Source of the DNA: Lama guanicoe
Taxonomy: Eukaryota
Assembly (NCBI GenBank): GCA_013239625.1
Contig: MU054096.1
Location: forward strand, 347,098 to 411,097
Direction: 5' to 3'
DNA length: 64,000 bases
A model generated the notes under the pieces. It was not told the DNA's origin. It did no database searches and worked only from the letters and a program-made list of their open reading frames with translations. The translations under genes and the position numbers were made by a program. This document shows, one piece after another, positions 48,816 to 58,917 of this stretch. Position 1 is the stretch's first letter. The number at the start of each line of letters is the position of its first letter.

Positions 48816-50769
48816 CTCTATAGCAAGTCTCCCACACACCCAATCAGGTGGGAGCTATGTTGCAAACCCTAATACAGTGATAAAAGTTGCAAGTCATTTT
48901 GTTCCTATAAGTTAGACCAAATTTATGTTTATCCCTCTAGAAACCTTGCTGGTCACTACCAATCAAGGTATTTCTTGAATGGGGGAGACTGGTGATGTCA
49001 CAGCCGTGGGAAAGACACCGATACCCATACACCTTTCCTTGCTCCAGGCTGCACTGCGCTACCAGAGACGGACCCATCACAGCTCTAATGTTTACGAGCA
49101 AATACCGTAGATGCAAATTCGAAAAAATGTGTCGAGATGCGGCCATACCTGTCAATCACACCAGTTTCTCACAGCTCCACTACCTGAGTAGCAGCAAAAA
49201 TAAGAAAGCTGGAGCAAAAACAGCTATTCCACAACCAAAACAGTTCTTAGTTTAGCACGGTCAACGAGCATGGAGAACTTTTCTGCTTTTTCACCTCCCT
49301 TTGTCCCGACGGGCAGAAGAGCATCACATCTCATGGGAGAGCTGCGTTTTGCAGATCATTCCAACGGGAGGTTTCACACAAAGTATATTTAGGAACTAGA
49401 CTTATAGAGCTGAACTGGATGGGGGGGTGTTAGTCAGGGAGCTGAAACTGAGTGTCCTCCATCAATGGAGGGCTGAGCGATGGAGCTGAGGGGAGAGAGG
49501 GGACTTACCCCGACTGACAGCTGATGTCCTTTCCTGAAGACTAAACACAACGGCCCTCCAAGGAGCCGCTGCACACTTGCTCCCTCTCTGACCTGCGTCC
49601 TCCGGGGCCATCATTCTCTTGGTGCCTGCCTCCTGAGGTTTCTGGAAGCTGGGTTCGATGGTTCCCAGGCTTGGCTGAGAACCTTTATTCTCTTCGGGGG
49701 CTTACAAGAAGTCAGTAGAAATTCTCAGAAGTTCCAAGGTGGTTCTGAGCGTAGGATCTGTGAATATGTATTTTTAAGAATTTCCTCAGGTTTCCCTGAC
49801 ATACATTTACTTTCAGGGACCCCGGGGCCTTTGAAGGACCCCAAAGCCCTGAACCAGACTCCCCCATCTCTCCACTGCCGCCCAGTGAGCAGACTGAATG
49901 CGGAGGTGTGTAAGATGGGGAAACTGAGATGAGAAGCCAAGCCCAGAACCAAGTCATCGAAAGAAAGCAGTAACTTGGGGGGCACATGCTCTGGTAGTTA
50001 AATCGTTATCTTCTTGGAATGCTTTTAGAAATAAAATAAATATAAAAAGACAAGTACTTTTCTCACCTAATTTGCTTGTGGAGCTGTTAATTAAGTGTTG
50101 TTGGTTGCATTACCAGAATGCATTTGTGATACTTGCTGTAGTGGCTCTGCATATTTAAAGACAAAAATGTTCCTTCTGGTGCTCAGGAAAAATGTAATTT
50201 TTAGGAACCCTCTCCCCTAGGCTGGTCTGGAGTCTCCATGCCATGTCTACAGGGCTTTAAGCTTCCTTTGTCTGAAATGTGACAAAGATTAGGTTGACAC
50301 CTAAATGCTCCCATCAGCCTCCCCGTGCCTGAACTCCAAGAAACAGTCCTGGACTCGGAGTTGGAGAGAAATTCCAGACATTCTCAGTGAGCCTTCTGCC
50401 CCCTGCGTTTGTATGTTTCTTGACAATTTTATACCCCCTCCCTGCTTCCAGTTCAAAAAACGGTGGGGAGGAAAAATTCCATAATGGTGAAAAACTCCAG
50501 GACCGTTTGCATGAATTTGGGCAAGTGGTTAAACCCTTCGCGCCTCCATCTCTCCATCCTCAAATGGAAATGCTAATAGTAACTCACAAGGATTATTGTG
50601 CAGATTCAGTGAGCTCACGCAGTAAGGTGTGCAGCACAAGTATGGAGCGTAGTGGGAGGTCTGTACGAGGTAACTAGCATCATCTTTGTCACCCCCACCA
50701 TCATCGTCACTGTCTATTCCAGACGACCCCAAAGTGAAAAGTTAAACCCACGTCTTCTCACTCCAGTGT

Positions 50770-50847
50770 CCTTTTCCTCTTTCTTTTCCTTCCTTCCTCC
50801 CTCCTTCCTCCCTCCTTCCTCCCTTCCTCCTTTCTCCCTTCCTTCCT

Positions 50848-50898
<51 letters not shown>

Positions 50899-50981
50899 CT
50901 CTTACTTTCTTTTTCTTTCTCTTTCTCTCTTTCTTTCTTTTTCTTTCTCTCTTTCTCTCTTTCTCTCTTTCTCTCTTTCTC

Positions 50982-51037
<56 letters not shown>

Positions 51038-51142
51038 TTCTTTATTTCTTTCTTTCTTTCTTTCCTTCCTTCTTTCTTTCTTTCCTTCTTTCTCCCTTCC
51101 TTCCTTCCTTTCTTCCTTTCTTCCTTTTCTTTCTTTTTTTTT
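50770..51142. repeat. Long polypyrimidine compound microsatellite (CCTT)n/(CTTT)n/(CT)n
   Basis: ~370 bp almost purely C/T on the plus strand. Confidence 0.97.
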
Positions 51143-51328
51143 GCTTACTGAAAACTATGAGTGTTCAACAATGAAATGATGAAATATCAGAACATACAGA
51201 AAGACTACAATTTAACACATCTTAATATGTTCCCACAGTCTTTCTATTAGACCAAATGATAAAGCCAGGCACCAGAGCATTCAATGAAGAGCATAGGAAA
51301 TTAAAAAAAAAAAAAAAAAGAGAGAGAG

Positions 51329-51654
51329 NNNNNNNNNNNNNNNNNNNNNNNNNNNNNNNNNNNNNNNNNNNNNNNNNNNNNNNNNNNNNNNNNNNNNNNN
51401 NNNNNNNNNNNNNNNNNNNNNNNNNNNNNNNNNNNNNNNNNNNNNNNNNNNNNNNNNNNNNNNNNNNNNNNNNNNNNNNNNNNNNNNNNNNNNNNNNNNN
51501 NNNNNNNNNNNNNNNNNNNNNNNNNNNNNNNNNNNNNNNNNNNNNNNNNNNNNNNNNNNNNNNNNNNNNNNNNNNNNNNNNNNNNNNNNNNNNNNNNNNN
51601 NNNNNNNNNNNNNNNNNNNNNNNNNNNNNNNNNNNNNNNNNNNNNNNNNNNNNN
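51329..51654. other. Assembly gap (326 N)
   Basis: Run of N following an A-run and (GA)n. Confidence 1.
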
Positions 51655-52537
51655 GGACTTACTCAGGGTTGTGTGGACCAGACGCCCGGCTCTGGCCGGC
51701 GGCCCCAGCTCCCGCTCCCCGGCCTCGACCTTCTCACCCTGATCCAAGGCCTGATCTTCCTCTATAAGCAACAAGCATTTGACATTTGTCATGAAAAGTC
51801 TGAACTATTCATGTGGCAATTAAACACCCTCTGGGGGTATGCTGACGGCTTGGTGTTTGTTTGTGCTTTAATTTTTTTTTCTCTTTAGTAACCCCTTCTT
51901 TGTCTCAGCATTTTCAGAGACGTTAGTAAAAAACTGTCTGCTCTCTGGTATACTGGCTCAGGGCGTGGGAAGGGTTCATTCTTGGGAGAAAAGCTATCTA
52001 TTTTATTTTCATAAAAGCTACCTATGCTACATAGAGTATCGTTTCGTCGGTTTTTCCAGAGCTAGAACTCTTGGGAGATAGCTCTTGGGATCTATATTTT
52101 TTCTCTCTCTCTCTCCAACATTTATAATGTTTGTACATATTTTTTTTTTCTGGGAAGCACAATGCCTTTAGTTAATAGTCCTTGATTCCACAGTTTCTAT
52201 TATGGTAACTTGACAGATGGGTAGCAGGTCCAAGGACACTGGGGAGCAGTTCCCTGACAAATTAGTGGTTAAGAGAGTCAGGGCTTCCATCCTGGGTGCA
52301 TTATGTAAGCCTTTAGTTAGATAAAGAATTCAAGGTGACTGTATTTCTTTGTATCAGATGGGCAGAAAACTGGGGTTCAATTAAGAGGTGAATGATCATT
52401 GAAGACATGAAAAGGCACACAACAGTACATAGGAATTTTCATTTTGATTGAACTTGCTTTAAATTTTATACTAGAGATTGGTTTCAGTGATGGTTTTACT
52501 AGGAAGTTATATTTTCAACAGAAAAGACATATGACTC

Positions 52538-52793
52538 ATTTTTTTAATAGAATATAGTCAGTTATAATGTGTCAATTTCCGGTGTACAGCATCATGTCCC
52601 AGTCATGCATATATTTTCATGTTCTTTCCCATTATAGGTTATTATAAGATATTGAATACAGTTTTCTGTGCTACATAGAAGAAATTTGTTTTTTTAATCT
52701 ATTTTTATATATACTGGTTAACATTTGCACATCTCAAACTCCCAAATTTATCCCTTCCCACCCCCTTTCCCCTGGTAACCATAAGATTGTTTA
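52538..52793 (-). mobile_element. LINE-1 3' UTR fragment (left arm of a head-to-head pair)
   Basis: Poly(T) followed by TATAGTCAGTTATAATGTGTCAATTTCC. Confidence 0.88.
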
Positions 52794-53279
52794 ATGTTCA
52801 CAGCAGCACTATATACAATAATCAAGACATGGAAGCAACCTAAATGTCCATCAACAGATGACTGATAAAGATGTGATATATTTACACAATGGAATACTAC
52901 TCAGCCATAAAAAAGAATAAAATAATGCCATTTGAAGCAACATGGATGGACCTAGAGATTGTTATTCTAAGTGAAGTAAGCCAGAAAGAGAAAGAAAAAT
53001 ACCATATGATATCACTCATATGTGGAATCAAAAGAAGAAGTAAAAAGGACACTATGAACTCATCTACAAAATAGAAACAGACTTGCAGACATAGTGAACA
53101 ATCTTTTGGTTACCAGGGAAAGGGTGTGGGAAAGGATAAATTTGGGAGTTTGAGATTTCTAAATGATAGCCACTATATATAAAAATAAATTAAAAAAATT
53201 TCTTCTGTATAGCAGTGGGAACTATGTTCAATATCTTGTAATAACCTTTAGTGAAAAAATATGAAAACAAAACAAAAAA
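52794..53279 (+). mobile_element. LINE-1 ORF2 end and 3' UTR fragment (right arm)
   Basis: MEYYSAIKKNKIMPF...WMDLE peptide; ends early in an A-rich tract. Confidence 0.9.
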
Positions 53280-54542
53280 TGCTAAAAGTAATATTTTCTA
53301 CTGCATTACTCATATCTGTTTTAATGACATTTACTGTTGTTCTGGAAGAAGTGAATACAAATTTTGAGGCACAAGCATCCATCAAAAATTATATTTTTCA
53401 CTTAAAAGAAAATACTGTGTTCTCCTAAGGCTGAGAACACGATTTGCTCAGTTTACACGGGAAAGTGAGGACCACAGGATAAAGCAATACAAGTGCGTAA
53501 TAAATTCCACTTGATAAAATAATAACATTAAAATTAAATCCTGAGTAAAATAATACAGTTCAGTCCTGATTTAAAAAAAAAAAATCAAAGGAAACCTGGG
53601 CTGCCTGCAGTCACATACTAGGACTTCCTGGCTTGTTATCATCAGTTTGAGATGTTCCCCAAGTAATTTATTGCTAAAAATAAATATAACAAACATTTAT
53701 TAACTGTTACTGCACCACACGCATAGCGCTAAAGACCAATTATACACGTGACTTTATTGAAAGCGCACCGCAGACATTTTAGAGATGAGGAAACATAGAG
53801 TTTGAGAGGTTAAGTGACTGCCCAGGGTCCCCTGACCAGGAAGGGCTGGTGTGAGGATTCAAGCTCAGTCCATCTGGCTGCAAAACCAGTTCTAAACCAA
53901 GGTGCTCCACTGCTTTCCCTATTTCTCAAAGCAGTCAAAGTACTGATGTTTGCAAATAAGACGGTATTTTTATAAATGAGAGCAGAGTCAGGGTTTTCCC
54001 TGGATTCCTGTCTGTCTCAGTCACGTTCTCTTTTACTTGCCTTCTCGAGTGGGAGAAAAAGCTCATAACCCTGCAGAAGAGAGGTGCATCCTGAAGGACC
54101 TTTGAGAACAGAAAAATATCTTTTTTCCCCCTCTCTCACCTGCTTCATCAAATGAAGCGTGAGTCTCAGTCTCCAGTCTTCAATAAAGCATGTGTCTGGG
54201 ATTCTCTATATGAGATGACAACATGAGACGCCTACCCTGCAGACCTCAGAGCCAAATTTTTAAAAGTTCTCTTGAGCTGTTTCTCTTGCAAGTTCCCCCA
54301 GCCTGGGGCAGGTGCCATCCCACGTCTGTCTGTCTCTCTCCCTCAAAATCCTGCCTGGCTCTGGCCCTGCACTGCCCAGAGGGTGTGCAGGGGAGAGGCT
54401 GTGAAGGGTTAGACTTAAAAACGCTTGTTGGTGTAATAAGAGTATTTTTTCCTCCAAGTATGAATACCTCCGGAGGCTTGTGACCCTCGTATCGCATGTA
54501 TCCTGGGGTGAAAGGCTGAAAACGTGTATACGTAATTGATTG

Positions 54543-54598
54543 AATTAAAATATAGGACATTGAGTTAAAAAATTAAAATATAGGACATTGAGTTAAAA
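54543..54598. repeat. Perfect 28-bp tandem duplication
   Basis: AATTAAAATATAGGACATTGAGTTAAAA x2. Confidence 0.95.
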
Positions 54599-54677
54599 AT
54601 GTAATAAACCCAAAAGTCTAAAAATATTTGGAGCCACCCTGCAAAGATAATTGTTCAACTATCTACTGCTTCCCTTT

Positions 54678-54858
54678 TTTTGTTTTTGTTTTTTTGGGGG
54701 TGGTAATTAGCTTTTATTTATGTATTTATTTGTGTATTTATGTAGGTATTTATTTAAATGGAGGTGCTGGGGATTGAACCCAGGACCTCGTGCATGCTAA
54801 GCAAGTGCTCTACCCCTAGGCTATCCCCTCCCCCACCCCCAACTCTCCCAATCCCCCC
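54678..54858 (-). mobile_element. Vic-1-like SINE
   Basis: tRNA-like head; TSD-like ACTGCTTC(C/A)CTTTT on both sides. Confidence 0.88.
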
Positions 54859-55623
54859 ACTGCTTCACTTTTCAATGTTAAGATGCAAGGTGTTTCGATG
54901 AGCGGCCCTGGTCAAATGTAGACACACTTCTAAGTCTCAAAACATGGTTTCCTTCATGGGGTCCAGGCCCATTTAACCTTTTCTGCATGTTTTCCTCACC
55001 CCTCAACCCCTCCACAAGTGTCCCATATAAAAACCACAGCGAGGTCCATCTGTATGTGCCAATGCGCAAGATGTACAGTAACAGGTTTACAAACTTTGGT
55101 ACACTGTGCGGATTTATTCCACTTTAGGAGCCAGCCCCTGGCATCCAAAGCCACAAGTCATTCCACCACTGGGTCCAGAGGGTCCCCTGTGCAGCTTGGC
55201 GGGCGTGGCAGTGGACATCCGCATCCCTGCACCGCCCGAAGGGCCGCAAGGCCAGGTCAAGCACCTTCCCTACGTGCCATGTGTCAAGGGTGATATGTCA
55301 ACCCACTACCCATGAAAGCCACTCAGGCTCTCTTAGACGAATGGCGTGTGCACGCTTTGCTGAGTGGGGCTGTTTGGATGTCGCATCATGGTCAAGGTGG
55401 CTGGGAGCAACCCTGCATCAACTAAACCATCTCTTCACTTCTAGGTTAAAAGATGATTAAAGCAGACGTCGTTTACGTTCTGGGATTGAGTCTTGCTGTT
55501 AAGTGCAATACATTGATTTCTAAGCAAGAGCTTACGACTCTCACAAAGATTTATTCAAATATTGATGCTAAATAGACTTTATTTCAGGATGCTTTGTGAG
55601 TGCATGTTTTAGTGAGTGGAATT

Positions 55624-55660
55624 ACACACACACACAGACACACACACACACAGACACACA
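55624..55660. repeat. (CA)n microsatellite with GA interruptions
   Basis: Direct inspection. Confidence 0.92.
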
Positions 55661-55979
55661 AATCACCCAATGTTTCAGCTAGCTTTTGCAGGTCGATTGT
55701 GGAATATTTATTACATTACAGTATCTATTTGTTTACTATATGAGATTTGAATAAATATACTTAGGTAAATGAATGAATGTCATTGCCGAACGAAGCCTGA
55801 TCTCCCAGTGCCTCTCAAACTCTTATTACAATGCTATTTGTTTTTTGTTTTTTTTTTAAGGGGAAGAGATGGCATTGAGGTTCTCTTTTTGGAATCATTA
55901 GAGCTATTTTGAAGCATTTAAGATAGCAACATTTAATTCACATCTTGCGGAAAGATTCTGATCATACAAGTATCCAGAA

Positions 55980-56755
55980 GTGAACTCATGCCTCCATTTA
56001 GATGTCTCAAAACTACCTCAGACAACTCTTCCAAATCAAATTCACACTCTTTCCCCAAATCTCGTCTCCAGTTTTCCAGCCCAGGCAACACCAACACCAT
56101 TCTCTAATCGCATAACCAGAAAATAGGGAGTCATTCTTAATATCCTGTCTTCTTCACTCCCTAGTGTCAGTCATTACCAAAGACTGTCGATTTTATAATC
56201 TAAGTAATTCGCCAGTCCAGCCCCTCTGGTCACTACCATGTCCACCCCCCGGCCCATCCACCATCATATTAGTAGCTCCTGCTCTGGCGCAAGTGAAGAG
56301 TTTCCTGACTCACCCATCTCTGAAAACTTGCCTCTCACAGTCTTTCCGCTCCAGCATGCGCCCTGCTCTCAGTCCTAACCGCGTGTCATGTCCCTTTGTG
56401 TTCCAGATCTTTCCGCAGGCTGATATTTCTTCCCTGCACACCTCCAGTTCTGCCAGGATACTCCCCTGGCCTTTCAACCAGTATGTCACTTCCTCTGAGA
56501 AGTCTACCAGGATGATTCCAGGTATGGTCTGGTTTGTCAAATAAATGTTCGTAGTATCCCATGTTTTTTCCTAATAAAAATTGAACCCTTCCTGATCGAT
56601 TCATCTGTGTGATTATTTGATTAGTGCCTTTACCCCTCTCTGACTTGATTATAACCTCATTGGGCCCAGTTGTTCTTACTCACCACTCTCCCCCCTGGGA
56701 TGGCACACAGCCTGGAATGAGGTCAGCATTCCATTTTGCTAGTTGTATGAATGGA
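55980..56755 (+). mobile_element. L2 relic
   Basis: CTCCATTTAGATGTCTCA...GGAGTCATTCTT...GGCACACAGCCTGG...TGAATG L2 3' motifs. Confidence 0.6.
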
Positions 56756-56964
56756 GGGAGATCCAAGGAGACCAGACACTAAACAAAATTCTGTGTTGAG
56801 GAGTTAAACAGAGAAGGACCACTGAATGACAGCTGGGGGTTCACTGTCTTGGAGCAGGGCCCCTGGATCAGGTAACTTCTGGAAAAAACATCTCCATCTC
56901 TAGGATATGACAAATCTCTTGAATTCCTTAGATACAATTTTGTGTGTTGTGAAGACACTTTAAA

Positions 56965-57808
56965 TTAGGAAACCCACCAAAGTGTGGGTTCTTGCCACTG
57001 GATATGAAAGAAGTTGCACGGGAGAGACAGAGAGATGAAATCAACAGAAGCCTTATTGCTCAGAAGGGGAGATGGAAGGAAAGTACTGGAGCTGGGAGAG
57101 GGAAAGAGAATCACTGGAGTGAGGAAGAGGTGCTTAAGTGGGGAGTCGTCAGTCAAGATGGGCGGTAGGGACAGCTTCGCCCCGGTCAGGCCACTGTGGA
57201 CTTTTATGGGTGGCTTCCACCATCACGTCCTCCTTCTGGGTGTGATGGAGCCAATCCGTCCTTGTACGGGCTTGTCCAGTTGTTGTCATGGCAACAGTCA
57301 ACTGTCATAGCACTGGTGGGTGGGTCACTTGGCATGCCAATGTATTGCAATGAGCATATAATGAGGCTCAAGGTCCAGTGGAAGTCAGATCCTCCACTAT
57401 CTTGGATTCAATTGGTTCTAACCAGTTCTTGTTTCTTCCCTGAAGCTGCCTCCTCTGACTTAAGTAAGAGCAGTTCGGTTTCTATTTGAGGGAGGGGCAG
57501 GGGTATCATCCTGGGGGCATTCAGAATGGCTGCAACCTGGTGGACCCAGCATCCCCTCCTTCCCCCTGAAAAAACCATTCTTAAAGATTCTATTCAATCA
57601 CCAACGTTTGAAAGGGAAATGAAGGAATAATCTCAGTTATTTTTTGAGATAGGTGGTCAGAGTTGTCGCCATCCCGCAGCGCCTGCAGACTTGTCCTCAT
57701 CTGCCTGAGCCTGCTCTTCTGTGACTCAGGGAAGCTTGAGAGACGTCAGCTTTTCCATAAACAGGAGGCAGGGGCTGGAGGGGGCCCACAGGGTTCTGCT
57801 CCGTTTCA
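56965..57808 (-). mobile_element. ERV LTR-derived region (probably two adjoining or nested LTRs)
   Basis: Minus-strand start TGAAACGGAGCAGAACCCTGTGGG at 57808; internal CCAAT and X-box; AATAAG-type signal near 57055; boundaries uncertain. Confidence 0.55.
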
Positions 57809-57983
57809 TGGTCATACCTCTGTAGACATTCTGACATTTCACCACAAAATGTACCACGGGCTCAGTGAACGTTACAAAGAAAGGGTTACCTCCTCTAAAC
57901 TACCTTTTGATGGGGGAACGCTTTCTGGAAAGCCTCTAAGAGATGACCAGTCTCCATGGTGGCACGCTTAAGGATAAACTACA

Positions 57984-58178
57984 TGGGGGAAGAGGATAGC
58001 TCAGTGGTTAGAGTGTGTGCTTAGCATGCACGAGGTCCTGGGTTCAATCCCCAGTACCTCCCTTAAAAGAATAAATAAATAAATAAAATAAGTATATAAA
58101 AATAAAATAAAATAAGTATATAAAATAAAACAAGTATATAAATACCCCCAAATAAAATAAATACATAAAAATAAAAAA
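57984..58178 (+). mobile_element. Vic-1-like SINE with an expanded AT-rich tail
   Basis: GGATAGCTCAGTGGTTAGAG...GTCCTGGGTTCAATCCCCAG; TSD core AACTACA on both sides. Confidence 0.9.
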
Positions 58179-58541
58179 TGAACTACAATTTCTTTCATTG
58201 GAATACAGTTTCTTTCCTTTGGGTTGGAAGTCTTATAAATTTAACCCCTCTTTCAAAAATGACAGCACTTCACATACGTAGGGACTCTAATAAAAGCTGT
58301 CCCTTTAGAACTACATTTTTTCTTCTAGTCTTTTTCAGCCTCACAGGAAACATGGGATTGGGCTACTTTGAGATTCTTTTTTTCCTATTAACATACGGAA
58401 ACTGCACCCCCAAATCCAAAGCCTAGTTTCACAAAACCTTCCAACGTTTTAACATCTCTCTGCTCACCCAGCCCTATAAACTCTTAGCAATATCCACTGG
58501 CGAATTCAATATACTGTTGTTAGGCCTCATCAAACCTCAAT

Positions 58542-58917
58542 TTCTTTTTTTTTTTAATTTAATTGAAGTACAGTCAGTTACAATGTGTCAATTTCTGGTG
58601 TACAGTACAATGTTCCAGTCATACATACACAGACGTATATTCATTTTCATGTTCTTTTTCATTAAAGGTTATTACAAAATATTAAACATAGTACCCTGTG
58701 CTACAGAGAAGAATTTTTTAATCTATTTTTATATATAGTGGCTAACATTTGCAAATCTCAAACTCCCAAATTTATCCCTTCCCTCCCCCTTTCCCCCAGT
58801 AACCATAAGATTGTTTACTGTGCCTGCGAGTCTATTTCTGATTTGTACATGAGCTCATTAGTGTCCTCTTTCGTCCTTTTCTTTTTTTTTAGATTCCACA
58901 TATGAGTGATACCATAT
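58542..58917 (-). mobile_element. LINE-1 3' UTR fragment
   Basis: TSD AAACCTCAAT at 58532 and 58918. Confidence 0.9.

Noticed and set aside
50652..51888. 175-, 210- and 163-aa ORFs
   Set aside because: Artefacts of the CT microsatellite and the N gap.
57984..58060. tRNA-like sequences here and in the other SINE heads
   Set aside because: They have A/B boxes but also SINE tails and TSDs, and no intact cloverleaf; they are SINEs, not tRNA genes.
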